DNA of 64,000 nucleotides from an uncultured Acidimicrobiia bacterium (GCA_963731815.1 CAVSWW010000010.1:134252-198251), one strand, 5' to 3'. Numbered from the stretch's first letter, positions 43,540 through 54,549 are shown. Notes: generated by a model not told the origin, from the letters alone. Translations and numbers: made by a program.

Positions 43540-45194
43540 TCAGCCCTTGGACAGGCCGAGCACCGGGATCCGCCCGTAGAGGAAGAGCGGCTTCCCGGCC
43601 CCGTCGGGCAGCGGCGGGAAGGTCGAGCTTCACGTCGGGCTGGTAGCCGATCGCCCAGTTCACGTACCAGACCGGCAGCGAGTAGAGGCCCTCGGCCATC
43701 GCCTTGTTGAAGTCCTGGTACGTCTTCTTGATCGCCGCGGGGTCGGTCTCGCCCCGGCCCTGCTCCAGCAGCGACTGCGTCGTCTCGTTGTCGAAGCCGC
43801 TGAAGTTCAGGATGTTGCCGGTGTCCTTGTTGGCGAACCAGACGTAGGTGTCCGCGTTGTTGTGGTTCTCGAAGCCGCCGTGCAGGTTGCGCCACAGGAG
43901 CACGTCGATGTCACGAGCGAGCGCCTTGTTGATGAGCGTCGCCTGATCGAACTGCGCGATCTCGGCGTTGATCCCGGCCTTGCCGAGCTCCTCCTTCACG
44001 AGCTGCGCCTCGGCGCTGTTGTCGGGGTCGGTCGTCGTCCCGAGGATGATGTCGAAGGAGCCCGTGTCGGCCTTGACCTTGTCGAGCGAGCTGCGTCGCC
44101 TTCTTCAGGTTGTAGGCCGGGTAGCCCGCGTTCTTGACGTACCCCGGCGCGTTCTTGTCCATCAGGCCGTTCGCGACGTCGAAGATGCCCTTGTTGCGGA
44201 TCTGGTTGATCTTGTTGCGGTCGAGCGCCATCGCGAACGCCTCGCGCGCGTCCGGGTTGTCGAACGGCGTGGTGTCGGACAGCAGGTCGTAGTACCGCAC
44301 CTCACGGAGCCCGGGCTTCTGCACGAGCAGGTTCACCTGGTCGCCGAGGCCCTGCAGCGTGTCGATCTGCAGCGCGGCGGACGTGTGCATGACGTCGAGC
44401 TCGCCGCCTTGGAGCTGCGTGACCCGAGCCGCGCCGTCGACGACGGGCACGAACCGGATGCGGTCGACCTTCGGGTAGCCCTTCTGCCAGTAGTCCTCGT
44501 TCTTGACGACGGTCGTCGCCTCGTTCTGCTGGTACGACTCGAGCTTGAACGGCCCGGTGCCGATCATGTTCGTGGCGCAGTCCTCACCGGCGTTGAGCTG
44601 CGCCGGCGCCATGATCCCGAACCGACCGACGCCGTAGAGGCCGTCGTCGAAGTCGGCGACCGGCGTGTCGAGGACGACCTTCACGGTCATCGGGTCGACC
44701 GCCTGCACGTCGGTGACGTTCTGGAACACGAACGGCAGCAGCGGGCCGACGTTCGGTGCGCCTTCGGCGCCCCGCCACGAGTCCATGTTGGCCTTCAGCG
44801 CCGCGGAGTCGAGCGGCGTGCCGTCGTGGAACTGCACGCCGTCGCGCAGCGTGATCGTCCATTCGGTGTTGTCGGCGTTCGGCTCGACCGACTGCGCCAG
44901 GTACGGCACGCCCTTGCCGTTCGCGTCCGGCACGGTCAACGTGTCGTAGATCGCCGCCACCACCTGGATGCCCGAGATCGCCAGCTGCGATCGGCTCAGG
45001 CAGTAGTTGGTGTTCTCGGCCTCGAGGCCGAACGTGATCGTGTCGCCGTCGCCCCCGCCGCCATGGCGGGCTCGACCGGCATTCGAGGCGTTCGCGGTGC
45101 CGGCGATCGCGAAGGCGGCGGCCATGGACGCCACCAGCGCGGCGACGACCACCGACCACGCCGAGCGACGGACGATTCCGTGTGCACGAGCCAT
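43540..45194 (-). CDS. ABC transporter substrate-binding protein, family 5 (peptide/nickel, DppA/OppA-like); two apparent frameshifts
   Basis: From ATG 45194 there is a signal sequence RRSAWSVVVAALVASMAAAFAIAG. Motifs include TITFGLEAENTNYC, GTGPFKLESYQQNE and DYWQKGYPKVDRIRFVPV. ORF 43316..43999 continues the protein, and the tail reads ...LFLYGRIPVLGLSKG then stop. Confidence 0.8.
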
Positions 45195-45271
45195 CAGTTC
45201 CCCCCTGTTGCCGTGTCCCTTCCGCACAGAATGCCCCACCAGCGCCCGCCGCGAACGTCGCGCGGACCGCG

Positions 45272-46663
45272 TCAGAGGCCGTAGGCCTCGAGCAGACGGA
45301 GCCACACCTCCGCGAGCGTCGGGAACGACGGCACCGCGTGCCAGAGCGTGTCGAGCGGCACCTCGGCGGCGACCGCGATCGTCGCCGAGTGCAGTGAGCT
45401 CGGCGACCTCGGGCCCGACGAACGTGGCGCCGACCACGACACGCCGCTCCTCGTCGACGACCAGCTTCGTCTTGCCCTTGAAGTCGACGCCATGCGTGCC
45501 GGCGGCGGCGACGTTGCCGAGCTCGTACTCGACCGTGCGCACGTCGATCCCGGCCTCCTTCGCGCGCGCCTCGGTGAGGCCGACGGAGCCGACCTGCGGG
45601 TCCGTGAACACGACGCTCGGCACCGCGCGCTCGTTCGGCCCACGCGGTGATGTCGCGCCCGAGGATGACGTCGGCGGCGATCCGAGCCTGGTACTTGCCC
45701 ATGTGCGTGAGCATCACCCGGCCGTTGACGTCGCCGACGGCGTAGAGCCAGTCGCCGTCGACACCGGTCGCGCGCATCCGGTCGTCGACCTCGACCGCCT
45801 CCCCGGGTTCGAGTCCGATCGTGTCGAGCCCGACGTCGGCCGTGGAGGGAAGGCGACCGGTCGCGACGAGCAGCTCGTCGGCGTCGACCGTGCGCCCGCC
45901 TTCGACCTCGACCGTGACGTGTGCGTCCGGCGCGGGCCGGTCGACGCAGACGACCTCGGCGTCCGTCAGGACCTCGATGTCCTCGTCGGCGAACGCGCGA
46001 GCGACCTCTTCGCCCGCGAACGGCTCGAGGTTCGCGAGCAGACGCGGGCCCCTCTCGATCACCGTGACCTGGGATCCGAGGCGCGAGAACGCCTGCGCCA
46101 TCTCGGTGCCCACGGCTCCCCCGCCGAGCACCCCGAGCCGGCCCGGGATCGCGCGCGCCGACACCGCCGCCCGGCTGTTCCACGCCGCGGCTTTGTCGAG
46201 TCCGGGGACCGACGGCACGTCTGCCACGCTGCCGGTCGCGAGGACGACCGCGGCGCGCCTCGATCGTGGTGGTCTCACGACCGTCGATCGACTCGATCTC
46301 GACGCAGCGGGCGCCGGCGAGCCGGCCCCGACCGCGATGGAGCGTTCCGCCCGCACCCTCGACCCAGCGCACCTGGCCTTCGTCGTCCCAGTTGCCGACG
46401 ATCTCGTCACGCCGCGCCAGCGCCGACGGGACGTCGATCGGCTCGTTGACGGCTTCGCGCGCGCCGGGCACGCGCTACGCCGCCGCGAGCACCTCGCCGG
46501 GTCGGATCAGCGTCTTGCTCGGCATGCATGCCCAGTACGAGCACTCGCCGCCGACCAGCTCACGCTCGACGACCGCGACCGAGAGGCCACCGTCGACGCA
46601 CCGTTCGACGATGTTCTCGCCCGCCGACCCGCCGCCGATGACGACCACGTCGTACGTCTCCAT
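45272..46663 (-). CDS. class I pyridine nucleotide-disulfide oxidoreductase (dihydrolipoyl dehydrogenase family, LpdA-like); apparent frameshifts
   Basis: METYDVVVIGGGSAGE is the FAD motif and LVGGECSYWACMPSK the redox-active CxxxxC. RLGVLGGGAVGTEMAQAF is the NAD motif, and LYAVGDVNG is also present. The C-terminal interface domain VGATFVGPEVAEL...HAVPSFPTLAEVW lies in two more frames. Confidence 0.8.
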
Positions 46664-46772
46664 CGTGCTCCTTCGGGTGCTCGCAACTCGACTGGATGCT
46701 TTCCCCGATCCGGGCCGACGGATGCGCACGGCGGATGCGGCCGACTTCGGCCCCGCCTAGCCTCGCCCGCCG

Positions 46773-48010
46773 ATGCCTCCGGAGCCCGCCACGGAAGGCG
46801 CGCGGCGCATCGAGTACGCCGGCAGCGTCCACGACGACGCCGAGATCGACGCGGTGCTCGGGGTGCTGCGCGGTGGCCCGACCGCGCTGCGCATCGGCAA
46901 GCACGTCGCGCGAGATGGAGCAGGTCGTCGCCGATGCGTTCGGCAAGCGCGCGCGGCGTGATGGTCAACTCGGGATCGTCGGCGCTCTACCTGGCCGTCG
47001 AGCTGCTCGGCGCTCGAGCCCGGCGACGAGATCATCACGTCGGCGGTCACGTTCTCGACCGACATCGCCCCGATGGTGCGGTCGCAGCTCGTCCCCGTGT
47101 TCGTCGACGTCGAGCCGGACACGTACCAGATCGACGTCGACGCGATCGAGGCTGCCATCGGGCCGCGCACGAGAGCCATCCTCGCCCCGAACCTCATCGG
47201 CAACTGCCCCGACTGGGACCGCATCCGCGGCATCGCCGATGCGCACGGACTGCGGGTCGTCGAGGACTCCTGCGACTGCCTCGGCGCGACGCTCCGCGGC
47301 ACGCCGACGGGCACGCGCAGCGACATCTCGCTCACGAGCTTCGCGCTCTCGCACATCATCACCGCGGCCGGCACCGGCGGCATGGTGTGCCTCGACGATC
47401 CGGAGCTCGTCGACCGCGCGCTGCTCCTGCGACGCTGGGGCCGGCGCAGCGAGATCGCGATCTACGGCTCCGGTCGCGGACGCGCGACCGAACGCCGCTT
47501 CTTCTCCGACCTCGACGGCCTCGAGTACGACGACCTCTTCATCTTCGACGAGGTCGGGTGGAACTTCGAGCCGTCGGAGCTGTCGGCCGCGTTCGGCGTC
47601 GTGCAGATGCAGAAGCTGCCGACAGTACCTCGCGCGCCGCAAGCGGAACTTCGCGCTGCTGCAGCGACGGCTTCGCCCGCCACGACGACGTCTTCGTCCG
47701 CCCCCGCACGACCGAGGGCATCGACACCGGCTGGCACATGTTCCCGATCCAGGTCCGCCCCGAGTCGGGCGTCTCCCGCGCCGAGTACCAGCAGCACATG
47801 GAGCGCGCCGGCATCGACACGCGCATGGTGTGGACGGGCAACGCGACGCGCCAGCCGGCGTTCAAGGGCGTGCCGCACCGCATCGCGCCCGGCGGGCTGG
47901 CCAACGCCGACCGCGTCATGGAGACGGGCCTGATCCTCCCCTGCAACCACGCGATCGACGACGACGGCATCGCGTACATCTGCGAGACGACCGACGCGTT
48001 CCTCGCTTGA
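46773..48010 (+). CDS. DegT-fold sugar 3-dehydratase-like protein (ColD/RfbH-like, His in place of PLP-Lys); apparent frameshifts
   Basis: IEYAGSVHDDAEIDAV and VMVNSGSSALYLAVELL are present. ORF 47073 contains RVVEDSCDCLGATLRG.PTGT.SDISLTSFALSHIITAAGTGGMV, which corresponds to the SFYPAHHIT.GEGG block of the 3-dehydratases. The C-terminus is RMVWTGNATRQPAF...LILPCNH. Confidence 0.65.
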
Positions 48011-48042
48011 CGCGGGGCGTGCGGCGCGCGACGCTCGCGATG

Positions 48043-48053
48043 TAACAGCGTTA
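48043..48053. promoter_or_regulatory. AT-rich palindrome TAAC-AGC-GTTA upstream of the amidohydrolase operon (candidate TetR-type operator)
   Basis: gTAACagcGTTAt lies in the 106-bp gap between 48010 and 48117. It shares the half-sites of the palindrome at 52937-52949, next to the TetR gene. Confidence 0.3.
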
Positions 48054-48100
48054 TGGCCGACCCGCGGAATGGCCGACCTGCGGAATGGCCGAGTCGGCGA
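48053..48100 (+). repeat. three tandem 16-bp repeats (ATGGCCGACCCGCGGA / ATGGCCGACCTGCGGA / ATGGCCGAGTCGGCGA)
   Basis: Read directly at 48053-48068, 48069-84 and 48085-48100. Each unit begins with ATG, and because the period is 16 the three ATGs fall in three different frames. The repeats lie immediately 5' of the amidohydrolase GTG at 48117. Confidence 0.75.
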
Positions 48101-48116
48101 ACGGGGGTGCGCAAGC

Positions 48117-49350
48117 GTGACCACGCTCGACCGCTACGTCGTGATCTCGGCCGACGGGCACGCGGGCAACGAGATCCACGGCTACCGCGACTACCTCGAG
48201 CGGGCGTTCCTCGACGAGTTCGACGCGTGGGTCGCCGACTACGTCTGCCCGTTCCCCGACCTCGAGGGCCCGAACGCGAGTCGCAACTGGGACAGCGAGC
48301 GGCGCCTCGCCGATCTCGAGGCCGACGGCATCGTCGCCGAGGTGCTGTTCCCCAACACGGTGCCGCCCTTCTACCCGAAGTCGTCGTTGACCGCGCACCC
48401 GCCGACGGCCGACGCGCACGAGCTCGCGCTCCGCTGGGCCGGGCTGCGCGCGCACAACCGCTGGCTCGCCGACTTCTGCGCCGCGACACCCGGTCGGCGC
48501 GCCGGGATCGCGCAGATCCTGCTCGCCGACGTCGACGCGGCGGTCGAGGAGATCCGCTGGGCCCGCGACGCGGGCCTCACCGGCGGCGTGCTCCTCCCGG
48601 GCGCGCCTCCGGGCACCGGGCTCCCCCCGCTCTACTCACCTGCGTACGACCCGATCTGGCGGGTGTGCGAGGAGCTCGAGATGCCGGTGAACCACCACTC
48701 GGGCAGCGCGGTGCCTCCGATGGACGAGACGAACGTCGACAAGGTGGTCTTCCTGCTCGAGGTGACGTGGTGGGCGCACCGCGCGTTCTCGCACCTCGTC
48801 TTCGGTGGTGTGCTCGAGCGGTTCCCGCAGATGCAGCTCGTCTTCACGGAGCAGGGCACGGCCTGGATCCCGGAGGAGCTCCTCCGGCTCGACTACTTCT
48901 TCGACCGCATGAAGTCGGCACAGGGATCGCAGGAGGTCGAGTGGGGCGGCGCGGTGGTCGCGAAGCTCGCGCTCCGTCCGAGCGAGTACTGGCAGCGCCA
49001 GTGCCACGTCGGCGCGAGCTTCATCCGCCCGGCCGAGGTGCCGCTGCGCGACGTCGTCGGCGTCGACAAGATCATGTGGGGCAGCGACTACCCGCACAAG
49101 GAGTCGAGCTTCCCGTACTCGCACGAGGCGCTGCGGCTCTCGTTCGCCGGCGTGCCCGACCGTGAGGTGCAGCAGATGATCGGCGCCAACGCGGCTGCGC
49201 CTCTACGGGTTCGACCTCGACGCGCTCGCGCCGGTCGCCGCGCGCGTCGGCCCGACGGTCGCCGAGCTCGCCGCACCGATCGCGCCGGCCGACATCCCGC
49301 TCGACGCACGCCGGTGCCCGGCCTTCGCCGGGCATCGAGAACACCAACTA
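48117..49350 (+). CDS. amidohydrolase-2 family metal-dependent hydrolase/decarboxylase; one or two apparent frameshifts near the 3' end (the start could be ATG 48069)
   Basis: Begins VTTLDRYVVISADGHAG (H-x-H-type start). Motifs include GIAQILLADVDAAVEEIRWARDAGL, MPVNHHSGS and IMWGSDYPHKESSFP. Confidence 0.8.
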
Positions 49351-49366
49351 GATCGGGGGACACGCC

Positions 49367-50155
49367 ATGGGGAAGATCCGCTACGCCGCACGCACGCAGG
49401 AGGAGCTGCGCAACCGCGAGCTCGAGGCGACCGCGAGCCGGCGCCTGGTCGACGACGCTCGTCGCGATCTACGAGACGGATCCCGAGATCGTCGCCGCCG
49501 TGCTGCCGCCGCCGCTCGAAGCACCGCCCGACCCGTTGGTGCGCGTGACGATCGCGTCCGTCGACATGCAGAAGCCGGGCATCCCGATCTTCGGTGCGGC
49601 CACGTTCGCGGTGATGGCGCGCCACGAGGGCACCGACGGCGACTACGCGCTCGTCATGCCGATGAGCACCGAGCAGTCGGTCATCGGCGGCCGGGAGACG
49701 TTCGGCGAGCCGAAGAAGATCGGCGACATCACGCCTCGAGCGCGAGGGTGACCGCGTCAGTCGGCAAGGTGACCCGGCTGGGCACCACGTTCGTCGAGGT
49801 GTCGGGCACGGTCACCGAGCAGCTGCCGGCGCCGCCCGACGGACGGCGCACGAGCTTCTACTTCAAGTTCCTGCCGTCGCCCGCCGGCAAGGGCTTCGAC
49901 GCCGAGCCGTCGCTCGTCTACTGCTACCGCGACGAGACGACCCGCACGCTCGAAGCCGTCTCGGGCGAGGTGACGCTGCGCGAGTCGCGCTTCGACCCCG
50001 TCGCCGACCTCCCCGTGCGGCGACTGCGCGAGATCACGATCGCCGAGCGGCGGAGCATCCAGACCGCGGAGATCAACTCGCAGGTCCCGGGCGACTGGCT
50101 CCTGCCCTTCGTGCACCAGCGCTACGACGACCTCTCCCCCGTCGGCGAGGAATGA
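49367..50155 (+). CDS. acetoacetate decarboxylase (ADC) family protein; two apparent frameshifts
   Basis: The middle section is in the tail frame of ORF 48069: LVAIYETDPEIVAAVLPPPLEAPPDPLVRV...GDYALVMPMSTEQSVIGGRETFGEPKKIGDI. The N- and C-terminal parts (FYFKFLPSPAG...LVYCYRDE) are in ORF 49367..50155. Confidence 0.7.
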   Translation: MGKIRYAARTQEELRNRELEATASRRLVDDARRDLRDGSRDRRRRAAAAARSTARPVGARDDRVRRHAEAGHPDLRCGHVRGDGAPRGHRRRLRARHADEHRAVGHRRPGDVRRAEEDRRHHASSARVTASVGKVTRLGTTFVEVSGTVTEQLPAPPDGRRTSFYFKFLPSPAGKGFDAEPSLVYCYRDETTRTLEAVSGEVTLRESRFDPVADLPVRRLREITIAERRSIQTAEINSQVPGDWLLPFVHQRYDDLSPVGEE

Positions 50156-50174
50156 GGCGAGGAGCGGCACGGCG

Positions 50175-51059
50175 GTGCTGACCGACCTCGACGGCAAGGT
50201 CGCGGTCGTCACCGGTGGTGGCGGCGGGCTCGGCCGCGCCATGGCCGAGCGCTTCGCGCAGGAGGGCATGCGCGTCGTCATCGCCGACGTGCAGCCCGCC
50301 GTGCTCGACGACACGGTCGCCGCGCTGCGCCAGGACGGCCACGACGTCACCGGCGTCGTCGCCGACGTCTCCCAGTGGGAGCAGGTCGAGCACCTGCGCG
50401 ACGAGGCGCTCGCCGCCTACGGGCGGGTGCACGTGCTGTGCAACAACGCCGGGATCGGCGTCGGCGCCGAGGGACGGCTGTGGGAGCACGAGCTCAACGA
50501 CTGGCGCTGGGCGATCGGGGTCAACGTCTACGGCGTCATCCACGGCATCAACGCGTTCGTGCCGCACATGATCGAGCACGGCGAGCCCGCGCACGTCGTG
50601 AACACGTCCTCGCCGAACGGTGGCATCACCCCGATCCTCGGCACGCCGGAGTACTCGGTCACCAAGGGTGCCGTCGTCACGCTCACCGAGGTGCTCGACG
50701 CGCAGCTCGTCGACGCGGGCACGAACGTGCGGGCGTCGTTGCTGTTCCCCGGTCCGCACATGCTGCGCACCGGGCTGTTCGACGCCTGGAAGACGCGGCC
50801 GGACGATCTGGCCAAGGAGAAGCCGCGTTCGCGCGACCCGGTCACGATCGAGGAGTACGAGGAGATCATGCGCCAGGCCGGCGTCGAGGTGGAGTACACG
50901 CCGGTCGAAGAGGTGGCCGCGCGTGTCGTCGACGGCATCCGCGCCGGCGACTTCTGGATCTTCGCTCCGAGTGAACGGTCCGACGAGCAGATCCGCGCCA
51001 AGGCCGAGTCATTGCTGAAGCGCGAGAACCCCACGTACGTGCGCGCCGTCGCGGGCTGA
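50175..51059 (+). CDS. SDR-family oxidoreductase (intact)
   Basis: GKVAVVTGGGGGLGRAMA, LCNNAGIG and YSVTKGAV (YxxxK) are present. GC3 is very high. Confidence 0.85.
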   Translation: MLTDLDGKVAVVTGGGGGLGRAMAERFAQEGMRVVIADVQPAVLDDTVAALRQDGHDVTGVVADVSQWEQVEHLRDEALAAYGRVHVLCNNAGIGVGAEGRLWEHELNDWRWAIGVNVYGVIHGINAFVPHMIEHGEPAHVVNTSSPNGGITPILGTPEYSVTKGAVVTLTEVLDAQLVDAGTNVRASLLFPGPHMLRTGLFDAWKTRPDDLAKEKPRSRDPVTIEEYEEIMRQAGVEVEYTPVEEVAARVVDGIRAGDFWIFAPSERSDEQIRAKAESLLKRENPTYVRAVAG

Positions 51060-51084
51060 CCGCGCGCCGAGGAGAGGAACCCGA

Positions 51085-52370
51085 GTGCAGCGCTACCTGG
51101 TGATCTCGTCCGACTGCCACGCCGGCCTCCCGAACGCGCAGTACCGCGACTGGCTCGACCCGAAGCACCACGCCGCCTTCGACGAGGAGCAGGTCGCGCG
51201 CGCCGACCATCGAGCAGGAGCTGCGCGCCCGCGGGCTGCGCAACGAGGAGTTCGCCGAGGAGTGGGAGCGCGACAACGAGGAGGGCCTGCGCGGCGGATG
51301 GGACGCGGCGCGGCGCGACAAGGAGCTCGACGCCGACGGCGTCGCGGGCGAGGTCATCTTCCCCGACGCCGATGCGGTCACCTCGGGCGCGTCCGCGCCG
51401 TTCGGTGCCGGGCTCGGGCAGGGCGGCGACCGCGATCCCGAGCTGCTCATGGCCGGTGCGCGTGCCCACAACCGCTGGCTCGCCGAGCTGTGCGCCGACA
51501 GCCCGGCGCGCCGTGCCGGCGTGGCGATCATGCCGATCCTCCACGACGTCGACGCCGCAGTCGCCGAGATCCAGTGGGCCGCGGACGCCGGCCTGCGCGG
51601 CGGCATCCTCATCCCCTCGATGTGGCAGCCGTACGCGCCGTACCACGACGCGCGCTACGACCCGGTGTGGGCCGCGTGCCAGGACCTGGAGCTCCCGGTG
51701 CACGTGCACTCCGGCGCCGCCGACAAGGAGTCGTACGGAGAGTTCGTCGGCATGTACGTCGCCGAGGTCCGGTGGTGGTCGACGCGCCCGCTGTGGTTCC
51801 TGCTCTGGTCGGGCAAGTTCGAGCAGTTCCCGCGCCTGAAGTTCGTCGTCACCGAGTGCGGCGCCTTCTGGGCCGCAGACCTGCTGTGGACGTCCGACCT
51901 CGTCTACGACCGGGAGCACGCGGCGAAGAAGCTGGGCAAGGAGCTGACGTCGCACCTGAAGATGCGACCGAGCGAGTACTTCGATCGGAACTGTGCGATC
52001 GGCGCCTCGAACACGCGTCGCCGGGAGCTCGGCGCGCCGGTACGAGATCGGCGTCGGCAACATCATGTGGGGCAACGACTTCCCCCACCCCGAAGGCACG
52101 TGGCCGCACACGAAGGAGTGGTTGCGCAACGCGTTCTGCGACATCCCGGTCGACGAGACGCAGGCGATGCTCGGCACGAACGCGGCAGCCGTCTACCGCT
52201 TCGACGTCGACGCGCTCGCGCCGGTCGCCGAGCGCATCGGGCCGACGCCCGACGAGCTCGGCCAGACAGGGATGGACACCGACGGCCGCCTCGACAAGTG
52301 GGCGGCGGTGCAGGCGGCCGGGCGCCCGTGGATCACGGGGCACGAGGCCGTCGAGGTGCCGATCGGCTGA
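51085..52370 (+). CDS. amidohydrolase-2 family protein; two to three apparent frameshifts
   Basis: Begins MQRYLVISSDCHAG. ORF 51449 contains AGVAIMPILHDVDAAVAEIQWAADAGLRGG...LPVHVHSGA. ORF 51993 contains IMWGNDFPHPEGTWP. It is a paralog of 48117 and 54550. Confidence 0.75.
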
Positions 52371-52383
52371 AGCGTCGAGCCGC

Positions 52384-52938
52384 TCAGCTCGACGCGAGGC
52401 GGGCGATCATCGCCGCCGACGTCTCGGCGTCGGGCGGCTCGACGCCGTAGGCCTCGAGCACGCCGAGGCCGAGCTCGATCGCCCACAGGAGCTTGAAGAA
52501 GGCATCGAGGTCGAGCTCGGGGTCGACCTCCGCCTCGGTCGCGTGGTCGCGCACCCGTTGGCCCCACTCGGCGAGCGTGTCCGCCTGCGGCTTCCCGACC
52601 CGGTCGCGGATCTCGGGGTCGTGGCGTGCCGCGACGGCTCCCTCGAGCAGGAGCGCGCGCAGGTCGGCGCGGTCGGCGTACCGCCGCCAGTTCTGGCGCA
52701 GTCCGTCATCGAGCGCGACACCCGACGGGAAGTCGTCCTCCAGCGCCGCGATGCGCGTCGCGATGACCTCCGCGAGCAGGTCGGCCTTGTTGCGGAAGTG
52801 CCCGTAGAGCGCACCCGTCGTGCGATCGGACTCGCGCGCGAGCTCGCGCACCGACGTGCCGGCGTAGCCGTCCTGGACGAAGCGCGCGGTCGCCAGCTCG
52901 AGCAGGTTGGTGCGCGTCAGGTTGTCGCCGGTCTCCAT
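52384..52938 (-). CDS. TetR-family transcriptional regulator (intact)
   Basis: 184-aa ORF. The N-terminal HTH region is LLELATARFVQDGYAGTSVRELARESDRTTGALYGHFRNKADLL. Confidence 0.85.
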   Translation of the reverse strand: METGDNLTRTNLLELATARFVQDGYAGTSVRELARESDRTTGALYGHFRNKADLLAEVIATRIAALEDDFPSGVALDDGLRQNWRRYADRADLRALLLEGAVAARHDPEIRDRVGKPQADTLAEWGQRVRDHATEAEVDPELDLDAFFKLLWAIELGLGVLEAYGVEPPDAETSAAMIARLASS

Positions 52939-52949
52939 AACGTTGTTAT
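52937..52949. promoter_or_regulatory. palindrome ATAAC-GTT-GTTAT in the 20-bp TetR/SDR divergent gap (candidate operator)
   Basis: ccATAACgttGTTATcg overlaps the TetR ATG (52936-52938). It sits 10 nt upstream of the GTG 52959 of the divergent SDR and is strikingly AT-rich for this DNA. Confidence 0.4.
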
Positions 52950-52958
52950 CGTACCGCC

Positions 52959-53729
52959 GTGGAACGGGAGCGGGTCGAGAAGCTGTTCGATCTCACCGGC
53001 CGCGTCGCGATCGTCACGGGCGGCACGCGCGGCATCGGACGATCGATCGCGGAGGGCTTCGTCGCCGCGGGGGCGAGCGTCGCGGTCGCGAGCCGCAAGG
53101 CCGACTCGTGCGCGGACGCGGAGGCGGCGCTCACCGCAGCCGGCGGCCAGGCCATCGGCGTGCCGACGCACATGGGCGAGCTCGACGCCGTCCAGGCGCT
53201 CGTCGACCGCACCGTCGACCGCTTCGGCCGCCTCGACATCGTCGTGAACAACGCAGCCACCGCGCTGCGCGAGGACATCGGCAGCTTCACGCCCGAGGCG
53301 TACGCGAAGTCCATGGACGTCAACCTGCGCGGCCCGGTGTTCCTCGTCGAAGCCGCGATCCCCCATCTCGAGCAGAGCCCGAGCGCGTCGATCGTCAACG
53401 TGATCTCGGCCGGCGCGTTCCTGTTCTCGGCGTTCACCGCGACCTACGCCGCGGGCAAGGCCGCGCTCATGTCGTTCACACGCGCGTGGGCAGCCGACCT
53501 CGCTCCGAAGGGCATCCGCGTCAATGCACTCGCGCCCGGGGCGATCGACACCGACATGATGCGTGCGAACACGCCCGAGGCCCAGGACCGGATGGCGCAG
53601 GCCGCGCACCTCAACCGCTCCGCGCACCCCGACGAGATGATCGGTCCGTCCCTCTTCCTCGCGTCCGACGCGTCGAGCTTCATGACCGGCCAGGTCCTGA
53701 TCGCCGACGGCGGCCTCGTCCCCCACTGA
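52959..53729 (+). CDS. SDR-family oxidoreductase (3-oxoacyl reductase-like, intact)
   Basis: GRVAIVTGGTRGIGRSIA, VNNAATA and YAAGKAAL are present. Confidence 0.85.
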   Translation: MERERVEKLFDLTGRVAIVTGGTRGIGRSIAEGFVAAGASVAVASRKADSCADAEAALTAAGGQAIGVPTHMGELDAVQALVDRTVDRFGRLDIVVNNAATALREDIGSFTPEAYAKSMDVNLRGPVFLVEAAIPHLEQSPSASIVNVISAGAFLFSAFTATYAAGKAALMSFTRAWAADLAPKGIRVNALAPGAIDTDMMRANTPEAQDRMAQAAHLNRSAHPDEMIGPSLFLASDASSFMTGQVLIADGGLVPH

Positions 53730-53731
53730 GG

Positions 53732-54539
53732 ATGGCCACCGTCACCCTCGAGCGCGTCGAGCCACGGATCGCGCTCCTCACGCTCGACCGCCCGGACCGG
53801 CTCAACGCGATGAGCTTCGAGCTCGTCGCCGACCTCCACGACGCGCTCGACGAGATCAGCGGCGATCCGGAGTGCACCGTCGTCGTGCTCACCGGCGCGG
53901 GCCGCGGCTTCTGCGCCGGCCTCGACCTCAAGGACTGGGGTGCGCCGCCGGAGACCGGCGCCCACCCGCACGTGAAGGCGAACGTCGACGGCCAGGCGTT
54001 CATGTCGAACCTGACCGTGCACCTGCGCACGACACCACAGGTCGTGATCGCCGCGGTGAACGGCCCCGCGTACGGGGGCGGCTTCGCCCTCGCCTGCGCG
54101 TGCGACCTCCGCTTCGCCGCGCGCTCGGCACGCTTCTGCTCCGCGTTCATCCGCACCGGGCTCACCGGCACCGACATCGGGATCACGTACCTCCTCCCCC
54201 GACTCGTCGGGGCCTCGCGCGCCGCCGACCTGATCCTCACGGGGCGGGAGGTGGACGCCGACGAGGCGCTCGACGCTGGGGATCGTCTCGCGTGTCGTCA
54301 GCGACGAAGAGCTCCTCGACACCGCGATGACGACGGCGAGCACGATGGCCGCGTACACCCGCACGGGCCTGTTGAACACCAAGGAAGTGCTCTGGCACAA
54401 CGTCGACAACCCGAGCATGACCGCCGCGATCGCGCTCGAGAACCGCAACCAGTCGCTCGCGAGCCGGGCCGACGACGTCCGGGAGCACATGGCGGGCTAC
54501 CGCGACCGGACGACCGGCGCCGATCGACCCGGTTCGTAG
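53732..54539 (+). CDS. enoyl-CoA hydratase/isomerase (crotonase) family; one apparent frameshift near 54270
   Basis: Begins MATVTLERVEPRIALLTLDRPDRLNAM, with LTGAGRGFCAGLDL and AAVNGPAYGGGFALACACD. ORF 54327..54539 supplies the C-terminus. Confidence 0.8.
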
Positions 54540-54549
54540 AATCGACGGC

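Noticed and set aside
43037-43540. Small acidic ORF (about 53 aa, MGFAARTPEDVDPEAIVDELDEDDPEAPLDE..., minus strand 43037-43198) and a Pro-rich ORF end (43269-43540)
   Set aside because: Both are low-complexity, with no signal or motif and no clear RBS. They could be real small proteins, but the sequence alone does not support a call.
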